Translations under genes and position numbers: made by a program
IMG/VR virus record: IMGVR_UViG_3300037258_000330
Location: 1 to 44,037 of that record
DNA length: 44,037 bases
Origin: a virus
Direction: 5' to 3' (one strand)
The notes under the pieces: generated by a model
Seen by the model: the letters and a program-made list of their open reading frames with translations, nothing else
What the model was told of the DNA's origin: nothing
Database searches by the model: none
Shown here: in pieces, positions 1 to 7,831 of the stretch
Numbering within the stretch: the stretch's first letter is position 1
How the letters are laid out: every line of letters starts with the position of its first letter

Positions 1-127
1 GTTTGCCGCCCAGTTTGAGCGGACGCGCGCCGAGGAGTCTCAGCCGGGCTACACGCCCCCGCCGCCGCCCTGGTGGGAGACCCGTCGCCCCCCGACGCCG
101 GCGCCGACGCGCCGGATGAAGGTCGAG
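1..127. repeat. Terminal overlap copy 1 (identical to 43911-44037)
   Basis: Base-by-base reading of both ends gives a 127/127 match. Confidence 0.97.
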
Positions 128-496
128 GAGCTGGTCGCGGCCTGCCTCGGCCCCGAGTCCGCAGCCGCGCTCGAGTCGCTGGTGCTCTGGCTGATGGTCG
201 AGCTCGGCGACCGCGACAACGCCATCACGCGTTCGGCGTGGCTGCGGTCGATCCCGCGCCTGCTCGAGTCGGCCGAGGGTTTCGGTCAACTGGTCGAGCT
301 GATTCTCGCCGCGCCGAAGAAACCCAAGCCAGCGAACTGGCTCTCGACGTGCCTGGCTCGAGGACGGCCAGACGCATCGCAGCAAAAAAACCGACCCCCG
401 GAGCCACACACCACTGTTCCCCGGGGGTCGGCCGAAGAAACGAACGACGCAGGCGATCCGTCTGGGTACAAGTATACACGAAGGGTAAATCCGTGA
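1..496 (+). CDS. 3' part of the junction-spanning replication-initiator-like gene (continues from 43366..43910)
   Basis: The frame of ORF-track entry 116..496 is the same frame as the open frame 43366..44037 once the 127-bp overlap is collapsed. The stop TGA is at 494-496. The combined length is 1041 nt (346 aa). Confidence 0.7.
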   Translation, partial: FAAQFERTRAEESQPGYTPPPPPWWETRRPPTPAPTRRMKVEELVAACLGPESAAALESLVLWLMVELGDRDNAITRSAWLRSIPRLLESAEGFGQLVELILAAPKKPKPANWLSTCLARGRPDASQQKNRPPEPHTTVPRGSAEETNDAGDPSGYKYTRRVNP

Positions 497-531
497 AACC
501 GTACCTGATGGAACCCTACGCGAACGCCAGA

Positions 532-633
532 CGCATCGGTTTTAACGATGCGCCCAACGAGGATGACGGGGCTCGAACCCGCAACCTCCGGCGTGACAGG
601 GCTCCAATCTATCGGCTCGTCGCATCGTTAAAA
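532..633. repeat. Inverted repeats bracketing the attP core: TTTTAACGATGCG (540-552) / CGCATCGTTAAAA (621-633), plus a third CGCATCG at 532-538
   Basis: The 13-bp arms are perfect reverse complements read directly. 532-552 is itself a 7-bp-stem hairpin. Confidence 0.85.
558..599 (-). other. attP core: 3' half of a tRNA-Asp(GUC) (anticodon loop to discriminator), not a full tRNA
   Basis: The minus strand reads CTGTCAC (loop, anticodon GTC) GCCGG AGGTT GCGGG TTCGAGC CCCGT CATCCTC G. T-arm, variable loop and 3' acceptor are canonical. The upstream sequence cannot pair as a 5' acceptor or 5' anticodon stem. It lies 150 bp from the integrase. Confidence 0.7.
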
Positions 634-647
634 TCGGTTCGTTCGGC

Positions 648-682
648 ACCTGACCGTAGGCTTTACAAGCCTCTGGTCAGGT
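648..682. repeat. Imperfect 35-bp palindrome upstream of int (ACCTGACC..AGGCTT tac AAGCCT..GGTCAGGT)
   Basis: Outer 8-bp and inner 6-bp arms are reverse complements. It lies between attP and the int start. It is a candidate recombination-directionality, IHF or operator site. Confidence 0.6.
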
Positions 683-745
683 ACACCGCGCCGCTCCGTG
701 GGGAAAACTGGATAGGATCACCACAACCACTGCGGAGGCCTCTCC

Positions 746-1756
746 ATGCGCGCTGGCAGCGTACCCTGGTCGCAGTTCGTCCAGGAGGTCGTCGACATCT
801 ACAGCCTCGAGCGTCAACCGAAGACGGTGGCCAAGATGCGACAGGTGCTGACCGAGTTCGGATCACTCGTGAAATCGACGTCGCAGTTGAAACCCGCGAC
901 GATCGCCCGGTGGCGAAAACTGTATCCGCATCGCGCCCAATCAACGGTCCACTCCCTGATGCGGTCACTTCGATCGGCTTGCGAGATCGCGATAGCCAGC
1001 GGGTACATGCTATCGTCGCCCCTTGCCGTAAAGCAAGTGTGGCCCGAGCTCGACGACCCCGATCCCGATGCCGAGAAGCATCATGCGATCTCGGAGATCC
1101 GGGCCGTGCTGCTCAACCTGCGGAGCCAGTCGGGCTATTCCTGGCACGATGCGCGCCTCTATGCCCTGGCCGCGACGGTGGCCTATACGGGGGTCCGGAA
1201 GAACGAGGCGCTCCATCTCCAGATCCCCGATCTCGACTTCGATCGGCGCTGCATCCGAATCGTGTCCCGCCGGCCGCGGGCCGGCGGATCGACGAAGATG
1301 CCCAAGCTCAAAACCAAGGCCAGCGCGGCGCCCGTCGGGATGCCGGACGAGCTGGCGGCCGTGCTCGAGCTCTGGGTCGCCAAAGCCGTGGCGCCGCCGC
1401 TCGTGGCGCTTCGCCGCGCGTCGAGGCCTGCACAGCTCTGGCTCTTCCCCGGGTCGACGGGCGCGAATGCCTGGACCGGCGGTCCGCCCGGCTACAAGCC
1501 GCTCGACGTCCTCGTGGCGGCCGGCTCGGCCGTCGGCGTGGATGGTTTCACCTTCCAGTCGCTGCGTCACTCCTGGGCGACGCACGGCGAATACTGGGGC
1601 CTGGGCGAGACGATGATCCAGCGCCAGCTCCGGCACACCACGCGCAAGACGCAGCAGGTCTATCGCCACGCCGACCTGGCGAACCTGGCCACGTCGGTCC
1701 GGGCGATCTCGTTCGTCGGCCCGTCCGAGCGCGGGCCCAAGGTCGCCCAGGTCTAA
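746..1756 (+). CDS. int: Tyrosine recombinase / phage integrase
   Basis: 336 aa. Contains TGVRKNEAL (box I Arg), LRHSWATH (H-x-x-R region) and LRHTTRKTQQVYRH (His and catalytic Tyr). GGAGG is 8 nt upstream of the ATG. The gene is adjacent to the tRNA-fragment attP. Confidence 0.95.
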   Translation: MRAGSVPWSQFVQEVVDIYSLERQPKTVAKMRQVLTEFGSLVKSTSQLKPATIARWRKLYPHRAQSTVHSLMRSLRSACEIAIASGYMLSSPLAVKQVWPELDDPDPDAEKHHAISEIRAVLLNLRSQSGYSWHDARLYALAATVAYTGVRKNEALHLQIPDLDFDRRCIRIVSRRPRAGGSTKMPKLKTKASAAPVGMPDELAAVLELWVAKAVAPPLVALRRASRPAQLWLFPGSTGANAWTGGPPGYKPLDVLVAAGSAVGVDGFTFQSLRHSWATHGEYWGLGETMIQRQLRHTTRKTQQVYRHADLANLATSVRAISFVGPSERGPKVAQV

Positions 1757-2019
1757 CCCCTTCCCTCCCCTGCCGGCCGATCTCCCCCCTCGGCCGGCTC
1801 GACGACGACGTCGAACGACCGGATCGGGCAGCGCTCGATCAGGTCGCAGAGCACCACGCTCGCGTTCGCGGCGTCGCGCTCGAGCACGATCCGATCGAGC
1901 CGCCGTGCGACCGCCAGCGGCAACGTGATGTGCAGCGTCCGCCGCACGCCGCCGGGGAGCTGGCGCTTGCGCACCACTTGGCGGCCGGGTGGTTTCGCGG
2001 GTTGTCGTTTCACGGCCAT
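1753..2019 (-). CDS. Ribbon-helix-helix (Arc/CopG-like) DNA-binding protein; candidate repressor or excision regulator
   Basis: The internal ATG at 2019 has GGAGG 7 nt upstream. RRTLHITLPLAVARRLDRIVLERDAANASVVLCDLIER fits strand-helix-helix. It is divergent from the early operon and its 3' end overlaps int by 4 nt. Confidence 0.7.
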   Translation of the reverse strand: MAVKRQPAKPPGRQVVRKRQLPGGVRRTLHITLPLAVARRLDRIVLERDAANASVVLCDLIERCPIRSFDVVVEPAEGGDRPAGEGRG

Positions 2020-2094
2020 CGCGGTTCCTCCGTTCCTTCTTTTCGCGCATCCCATCAGGACTCAATCCTTCGGTCAACCCCAGGAGCCACAACC

Positions 2095-2619
2095 ATGCCG
2101 CGCGGTGGATTTACCTTCTCGAGGGGTGAGCTCACGCGGATCAAGATCCGCGTCGAGCGAGCGATCGACGCGACGTTCGCCGAGGGTCGGATCCCGACCT
2201 GGGACGAGCTCCGGGCGCGGGTACCGGGGCATGCATACACGACCGTGATCCGGCTCCGCGATGAAGTCCTGGCGGCGCGCGGAGTTCGCCTCGTGCCTGG
2301 CGCCCGGAATCCCCGCGGGCCACGATGCTCGGGGGCCGAGCTCGACCAGCTCCGAGCCCGCGTGCTGGCGGCGATCCGCGACTGCCTGGCCAAGGGGCTC
2401 GTCCCATCGGAGCGGGCCCTGATGCTCGCGGTGCCGGGCCACGGCGGCCGGCTCTTGTGCAAGGTCCGCGATGAGGTGGCGGCCGAGCACTCGATCGAGT
2501 GGGACCGGTCGGCCCGGAACCGGGCCCACTCCGGCGTCGGCCGGACCGGGTCGGAGATCGCGGCGGCCCTGGCCGAGGAGCGGCGGCGACGAGCCGAAAG
2601 CGAGGCGCGGTCATGTTGA
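2095..2619 (+). CDS. Early protein with two tandem ~58-aa helical repeats (KfrA-N-like DNA-binding resemblance)
   Basis: ATG with AGGAG upstream. The repeats are EGRIPTWDELRARVPGHAYTTVIRLRDEV and KGLVPSERALMLAVPGHGGRLLCKVRDEV. This is the C-terminal part of spurious track ORF 73..2619. Confidence 0.7.
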   Translation: MPRGGFTFSRGELTRIKIRVERAIDATFAEGRIPTWDELRARVPGHAYTTVIRLRDEVLAARGVRLVPGARNPRGPRCSGAELDQLRARVLAAIRDCLAKGLVPSERALMLAVPGHGGRLLCKVRDEVAAEHSIEWDRSARNRAHSGVGRTGSEIAAALAEERRRRAESEARSC

Positions 2620-2891
2620 CCTCGAGCGAGCCGGTCGGCTACTGCCCGGTCTGCGGGGCCGACGTGTTTAGCGGGTGGGAGTGGAGCGACGACGAGTGGC
2701 GCCGGTATTTCCAGGCGGTGCGGACCCCGATCTGCGCCGAGTGCGCATCGCTCCTGATCATCGACGGCGGCGCGCTCCGGTTGCCGACCGAGGCCGAGGT
2801 CGTGAGCGCCCACCTGGCGCTCGACGAGATCGAGGCGATCCAGCTCTGGATCCTCGAGGGCAAGGGCATCGAGTCGAGGCGGGTCCGATGA
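2613..2891 (+). CDS. Small zinc-ribbon-like protein (CPVC ... CAEC)
   Basis: ATG 2613 overlaps the upstream stop (ATGTTGA). There are two CxxC pairs. Third-position GC is high. Confidence 0.65.
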   Translation: MLTSSEPVGYCPVCGADVFSGWEWSDDEWRRYFQAVRTPICAECASLLIIDGGALRLPTEAEVVSAHLALDEIEAIQLWILEGKGIESRRVR

Positions 2892-3049
2892 CGGCCGCCA
2901 CTGCCGCCGCTGCCGGCGTGGCCGAGCTGGTCGACGCGATCGTGGCGCTCGGGGTGTTTCTGGCGGCCGTCGGCGCGATCGCGCTCTGGCGGACGCGGCC
3001 GGGCGGCCGGCCGGATCAGGGGGTGGACGACGACGGGCGGGCGATGTGA
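2888..3049 (+). CDS. Small membrane protein (53 aa)
   Basis: ATGA overlap with the previous stop. One hydrophobic helix: LVDAIVALGVFLAAVGAIALW. Confidence 0.5.
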   Translation: MTAATAAAAGVAELVDAIVALGVFLAAVGAIALWRTRPGGRPDQGVDDDGRAM

Positions 3050-3086
3050 CGGACTTCGAACGATTGAATTGAAAGGATGGTGATGG

Positions 3087-3323
3087 GTGGTCACCGAGAC
3101 CAGGACCTGGGCATACGGGACGATCAAGAACGTGAGCGTCGTGCACGTCGGCCGGGCCGGCGTGCTGACGGTGGTCGGGCTCGCCGACTGCGAATCGCTC
3201 GAGGGGTTTCTGTTGTTGATGCAGCGCCACGCGCCCGAGCCGGCCGTCGGCGACCTGGGCACGATCACGTTCCGGAGGGGCGGGCCGACCGGGGGCTACT
3301 GGGATTTCCGGAGGGTCGACTGA
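3087..3323 (+). CDS. Hypothetical early protein (78 aa, GTG start)
   Basis: AAGGA lies upstream of the GTG. Codon bias is consistent with coding. Confidence 0.6.
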   Translation: MVTETRTWAYGTIKNVSVVHVGRAGVLTVVGLADCESLEGFLLLMQRHAPEPAVGDLGTITFRRGGPTGGYWDFRRVD

Positions 3324-3324
3324 G

Positions 3325-3552
3325 ATGGCCAAGCCAAAGAAGCCCAAGGCCGACCCGCTCAAGCAACGCACGGCCCAGGTCGCCCTCGGCATCCGGCCGC
3401 TCTGGATCCTGACCGAGGGGGCGATGCCGGTGCTCGTCAGCTCGAGCGCCCGGCACAAGGTCGACATGACGAAGGTGACTCACTTCCAGCGCGAGGGCGA
3501 CCCGCACTGGCGGCCGATCGCGGAACTGCTTGCGAAAGGCGACGACGAATGA
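3325..3552 (+). CDS. Hypothetical early protein (75 aa, basic N-terminus)
   Basis: The ATG is 1 nt after the previous stop. The 3' end forms an ATGA overlap with the methylase gene. Confidence 0.6.
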   Translation: MAKPKKPKADPLKQRTAQVALGIRPLWILTEGAMPVLVSSSARHKVDMTKVTHFQREGDPHWRPIAELLAKGDDE

Positions 3553-4424
3553 GACCGGCGCTGCGCTATTACGGGGGCAAGTGGAAGATCGCGCCCTGGG
3601 TGATCAGCCATCTGCCGCCCCATCGGGTGTATGTCGAGCCGTTCGGCGGCGCGGCGTCCATCCTCTTGCGCAAGCCCCGCTCCTATGCCGAGGTGCTCAA
3701 CGATCTCGACGGTGAGGTTATCAACGTGTTCGCCGTCCTGCGCGATCCCGCCTCGGCGCTACGCCTGAAGGAGATCGTAGCGCTCACTCCGTTCGCACGG
3801 GACGAGTTCAAGCTTGCTCATGAATGGTCCGAGGAACCGGTCGAGCGTGCGCGGAGGGCGGTGATTCGTGCCTTCATGGGCTTTGGGTCGAATTCGTTTC
3901 ACGGGAAGGGGGGCATGCGGACGCGCTCATCTCCATGGACGGTATGCCGTACGGGTTTTCGCGCGAATGCCAAGCGCCAGGGTACGACGCCGGCGAGCGA
4001 CTGGGCGAGCTGGCCGGACTCGATTCCCGGGTTCATCGAGAGACTCCGTGGCGTGGTGATCGAGAACCGCGATGCGCTCGAGATCATGCGCCAGCACGAC
4101 GGCGCGGAGACGCTCTATTACCTCGACCCGCCCTACCTGATGACGACCAGGTCGTCGCGCGATCAGTACACGTTCGAGCTCGACGAGGACGGACACCGCG
4201 AGCTGGCCGAGGTTGCTCGATCGATGGTCGGATCGGTCGTGATCTCGGGTTACCACTCCGAGCTTTATGAGGACCTCTACCGCGGCTGGGTCCGCGTCGA
4301 GCGGCCCGCCCTGGCCGACGGCGCGCGGCCGCGTACCGAGGTCCTCTGGCTCTCGCCACGGGCGCACCGATCGTTACGGGACTCGAGGAATTCACTGTTC
4401 GATTTACTGGGACCACTCGTATGA
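3549..4424 (+). CDS. dam: DNA N6-adenine methyltransferase, Dam/D12 class
   Basis: YYGGKWK, EPFGGAASI (AdoMet motif) and YLDPPY (catalytic DPPY) are all present. Confidence 0.92.
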   Translation: MRPALRYYGGKWKIAPWVISHLPPHRVYVEPFGGAASILLRKPRSYAEVLNDLDGEVINVFAVLRDPASALRLKEIVALTPFARDEFKLAHEWSEEPVERARRAVIRAFMGFGSNSFHGKGGMRTRSSPWTVCRTGFRANAKRQGTTPASDWASWPDSIPGFIERLRGVVIENRDALEIMRQHDGAETLYYLDPPYLMTTRSSRDQYTFELDEDGHRELAEVARSMVGSVVISGYHSELYEDLYRGWVRVERPALADGARPRTEVLWLSPRAHRSLRDSRNSLFDLLGPLV

Positions 4425-7111
4425 AACCCCGCATCCAAGAAGACTCTCCCGACCCCCTGCGGGTCACACCGAAACGCCTGGCCGACGAGCTCGGCCAGAT
4501 CGGCGACCAGCTCGGCCGGCTGGCCAACCGCGTCCGGCCGTTCGCGTTGCTCCTGGACGCGGCCGTGCGCGATGACGTCAACGCGCTGTACGACTCGATC
4601 ACGGTCGGCTCGCGGCGGGCCGTGGACCTGGCGGCGTCGATCCGGTTCGGCGGCGCGGCGATCGTCCAGGCGCTCGTCGACACCGCGGCCGGCCGCGGCG
4701 AGCGGCCGCTCCTCGACCGGATCGAGAGTGCTCCGGCTCCGGCCGGGCCGGCCGCGGGTTATGAGTCGGTGCTTACGGCGCTGCCGGGGGCCAACGGGGC
4801 GGCCGAGCCGGAGCCGGCGAAGCGAAGCGCCAAGGCACCGGCGAAATTCGCGTGGGAGGTGTGGGCCTTCAACTCGGCGGGGATGCCGGTCTCGCTCTGC
4901 CCGATCACAGTGCCGACTCGCGATCCGGAGCGGGCGCTCGAATATGCGCGGCAGGCGGTGACCGAGGGTGAGGACAAGCTCATCGACATCGATAGGTCTC
5001 TCGTTCCCGTCGATCCGGCCAAGCTCAAAGTGCTTCGCATGGGATCGCCAGAGGCGGTGAAATTCGCGTCCGAGTCGGAGCGGGCGCCGGCGTGGACCGG
5101 GGGTGAGGTCGTCGCCGCCGGCGAGTACACGCTCGAGGAGCTCGGCCTGGGCGGCCAGCTCGACCGGATCGAGGCTGCATACAGCGGCGACACGATCGCG
5201 AGCAATGGAAAGCTCCGGGGCGTGATCGCCGTCAAGGATCGTCTCTATGCCAATGTCGGCGGCCTCATGAAGGGGGGCACGATATTGCGGGTCGATCTGG
5301 TCAAGCTGGTGCCGCTTGAGAGCTGGACCGGGGCGAGCTGCACGTATGCGGAACGGGCCATGACGCGCCCGCATAAAGATTTCTACAATTCCGTCCGGGT
5401 CGAGCACAAGGGCCAGTCGTACGTGATGCTCGGCAAACTCGGCCGGTTGAACATCGTTATCCCGCCGGCCGCTGAGACGGTTCCCCAGCCGGCCGAGCCG
5501 GCGCCGGTCGAATCGGAGCCGGAGCCGGCCGAGGCGCCCGAGAAGACCGTCAAGATCCCGACCGACGCCGAGGAACGCAAGGCGCGGCGGCGCGAGAACG
5601 ACGCGAAGTACCAGGCCAAGAAGCGCGAGAAGCGGCTGCTCGACAAGGCGATCGGCAACCGGGTCGAGTCGGCCGGCCCGGTCGATCGCCGCGAGAAACT
5701 CCGGGAGCCGGTGCTCGGGCCGACCGTGCCGGCGAAGTCGCTGGCGACGCCGGCCCACTGGGCGTCCGTGCCGATCGCCGAGCTGCAATTGACCGACGCC
5801 AGCAAGCGGGCCCTGGCCGACGGCATGAAATTCAAGACGGCCGGCGACGTCGCCGACTGGCTCGCGACCAACCCCAAAGCGCCCTGGCCGACGCCGTCGG
5901 CGACGCCGTGGCCGGAGGTCGTCGAGATCGCCAAGGTCGCGATCGAGCTCGTCAAGAAACTGCATGAGCAGCCGGCCGAGCCGCCGGCCGACGTCGAATG
6001 CTGCTCGGTGCTCTCGCCGTGTCCCGAGGGTTACCAGCGGGTCTACAGCGTGCACGCGCGGGAAACCTACACACGGGCGGAGATCCGGGCCGGCGCGAAG
6101 CCGCAGCGCCTGGGCGAAGTCATCGCGGCCAACATCGATGAGGCGAAGCTTGCGGCGGCGCGCCGGTTCGGCGTCCGGCCGGTCGAGGTCGGCGAGTGCA
6201 TGGTCGATGGTGGCAAGGGGCAGAAGATCGTTCGTGTGCCTCGGTTTGATGTGCTCGATCTGAAGGCGGTCGACAAGAAAGGCCAGTACAAGGTCCTGGG
6301 CACGATCGATGCGCCGAACAGCGCCCGCGCCCGGATCATCGCCGAGAAACGGTGGTCCGACCTGCCGCCCGACCGGCTCAACATCCGGAACGTCGAGCTC
6401 CGGCCGGCCGAGTCCAAGCCGCGCAAGCCGAAACCGAAGCCGGCCCCCGAGCCCGACCCGCTTGAGAACCTGTTTATCTATTGGGGCCAGGGCAAGGGCG
6501 GGAAGCAGGTGAACCCGGTCTACGGGATCAAGGCGCCGTCGCTCACGGCGGCGGTCGCCTGGGTCGATGCGCATCACCCCAAGGATCACGGCGGCCAGGT
6601 CCGGCCCGACCTCGACGGTACGATCGTGCGCCGCAAGGTGCCGGTCGTCGTCGATCTCGTGCTCAATCCGGCGGCCCATCCGGACCCCCCGCCGGCCGAG
6701 CTGGCCACGCCGACGGCCGCAGGCCAGATCGACCTATGCACCCTGCATGGCCAGCCGCCGCTGCCGGCCGGGCACGAGCGCGTCTTCAGCGTGTACGACA
6801 GCCGGACAAATCCGCCGACTGTGCTCGGCGAGATCGCCGGCGCGAACATCACCCGGGCCATGATGGCGGCCGAGGCGCAGTGGCCCGACGTGCCGAAGCG
6901 GATGCTCGCCTACAAGCCCAAGCTCGCGCCCGGGACCAAGCATCAGGCGACCCGGCCGGCCAATCGGCTCGTCGACCCCGACGTCGAGCTGGCGGAGTTC
7001 CGGCGCTCGTTCGACGTCGGCGCCGACCGCGCGCAGTGGCTGCTCGAGCAAAGGAGCAACGGCGAGCCGGACCTCGAGCCGGAGCCGGCCGAAAGCGAGG
7101 CGTCCGGATGA
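4421..7111 (+). CDS. Large orphan early protein (896 aa) with five repeated beta-beta-alpha-like modules, Pro/Glu/Ala linkers and a helix-hairpin-helix-like segment
   Basis: ATGA coupling to dam. The composition is protein-like, unlike the Arg-rich antisense ORF 4277..6679. ELQLTDASKRALADGMKFKTAGDVADW resembles an RNA polymerase alpha-CTD-type HhH. Confidence 0.85.
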   Translation: MKPRIQEDSPDPLRVTPKRLADELGQIGDQLGRLANRVRPFALLLDAAVRDDVNALYDSITVGSRRAVDLAASIRFGGAAIVQALVDTAAGRGERPLLDRIESAPAPAGPAAGYESVLTALPGANGAAEPEPAKRSAKAPAKFAWEVWAFNSAGMPVSLCPITVPTRDPERALEYARQAVTEGEDKLIDIDRSLVPVDPAKLKVLRMGSPEAVKFASESERAPAWTGGEVVAAGEYTLEELGLGGQLDRIEAAYSGDTIASNGKLRGVIAVKDRLYANVGGLMKGGTILRVDLVKLVPLESWTGASCTYAERAMTRPHKDFYNSVRVEHKGQSYVMLGKLGRLNIVIPPAAETVPQPAEPAPVESEPEPAEAPEKTVKIPTDAEERKARRRENDAKYQAKKREKRLLDKAIGNRVESAGPVDRREKLREPVLGPTVPAKSLATPAHWASVPIAELQLTDASKRALADGMKFKTAGDVADWLATNPKAPWPTPSATPWPEVVEIAKVAIELVKKLHEQPAEPPADVECCSVLSPCPEGYQRVYSVHARETYTRAEIRAGAKPQRLGEVIAANIDEAKLAAARRFGVRPVEVGECMVDGGKGQKIVRVPRFDVLDLKAVDKKGQYKVLGTIDAPNSARARIIAEKRWSDLPPDRLNIRNVELRPAESKPRKPKPKPAPEPDPLENLFIYWGQGKGGKQVNPVYGIKAPSLTAAVAWVDAHHPKDHGGQVRPDLDGTIVRRKVPVVVDLVLNPAAHPDPPPAELATPTAAGQIDLCTLHGQPPLPAGHERVFSVYDSRTNPPTVLGEIAGANITRAMMAAEAQWPDVPKRMLAYKPKLAPGTKHQATRPANRLVDPDVELAEFRRSFDVGADRAQWLLEQRSNGEPDLEPEPAESEASG

Positions 7112-7335
7112 GCCGCGGCGCCGCCGACGTCATCCGGGACGCGGTGGCCAACGGATACACGCCGGCCCAGCTCGTCGCGTACCTCGAGATGTGCAACTGG
7201 AACGAGCCGGGTACGTGCGAATGGCGGCGGTGGCAACGCGAACGGCGCCGGATCGCCGGTCGGTTACGGCGGTGCCGGGAAGACTCGATCGAGTATGTCG
7301 GCAACCTGCCGCTCGATTGGGGGGGGGAGGATTGA
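7108..7335 (+). CDS. Hypothetical early protein (75 aa)
   Basis: ATGA overlap with the upstream stop. Taken from the tail of track ORF 6481..7335. Confidence 0.6.
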   Translation: MSRGAADVIRDAVANGYTPAQLVAYLEMCNWNEPGTCEWRRWQRERRRIAGRLRRCREDSIEYVGNLPLDWGGED

Positions 7336-7415
7336 TCGATGGGCAACCGAGAGGGAGTTCCGATGGAAACGAAGTCGTGGCCGAGCCGGTGCCGGTGCCG
7401 CCGACTCGGGAGCAA

Positions 7416-7562
7416 ATGGCGATCTATGAGATGGTGCGAGCGCTGCGGGAGATCGCGGCCTTCGATGGGTTTTTCGACGGCGAGCGGACGCAACGCAATC
7501 TCGCGCTCAAGACGCTCGTCCGGGTAAGCAAGTGGATTCCATTGCCCGAAACGGGTCTGTGA
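7416..7562 (+). CDS. Hypothetical small protein (48 aa; alternative GTG start at 7377)
   Basis: Frame of track ORF 7191..7562. GC3 favours this frame over 7339..7527. The start is uncertain. Confidence 0.4.
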   Translation: MAIYEMVRALREIAAFDGFFDGERTQRNLALKTLVRVSKWIPLPETGL

Positions 7563-7568
7563 AAAAAA

Positions 7569-7624
7569 CCCGGCCGTAGCGGCGTCCTTGCTGCAATCGC
7601 GCGACAAGGCGCGATCCGGCCGGG
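7569..7624. terminator. Long GC-rich hairpin directly after the early operon, preceded by A7 (a T7 tail on the minus strand)
   Basis: CCCGGCCG (7569-7576) pairs with CGGCCGGG (7617-7624). Inner stem is GCG-CCTTG/CAAGG-CGC. A-tract is at 7562-7568. There is no U-tract on the plus side. Confidence 0.45.
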
Positions 7625-7831
7625 CCATTCGAACGGTCCCGATTCTAACGCCGGCCGGGCACGGCCGGGAACCGCAATCACCGATGTTCACGAAGAAATA
7701 TCGACTCATTGATCTGATCAGTCTCGCGGCGGTCGTCTCCGTCGCGCTGGCGGTTCAGGTCCGCGGCTACCTGCGATCGCTCGGGGACCTTCCCCCGGGC
7801 GGTCCCGTTCCTCCGACGATGAGGCTTTACG

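Noticed and set aside
558-633. A complete phage-encoded tRNA gene on the minus strand
   Set aside because: T-arm, variable loop, 3' anticodon stem and 3' acceptor are perfect. The required 5' acceptor (GAGGATG) and 5' anticodon stem (CCGGC) are absent, and no D-arm folds. I interpret it as an attP core.
2020-2094. Sigma70-type promoters or operator repeats in the RHH/early-operon gap
   Set aside because: Only weak hexamer matches (for example TTCCTT, TCAATC) and no clear dyad or direct repeats. I could not support a specific call.
73-2619. 848-aa plus-strand ORF covering attP, int and the RHH gene
   Set aside because: The composition is Arg/Pro/Ala/Gly-rich GC noise. It runs through the tRNA-fragment attP and out of frame over the clearly motif-bearing integrase. 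Only its last 175 codons (2095..2619) look like a real gene.
4277-6679. 800-aa minus-strand ORF
   Set aside because: It is antisense to the 896-aa gene and extremely Arg/Leu/Gly/Asp-rich with no motifs. The plus-strand frame has balanced composition and start/stop coupling to its neighbours.
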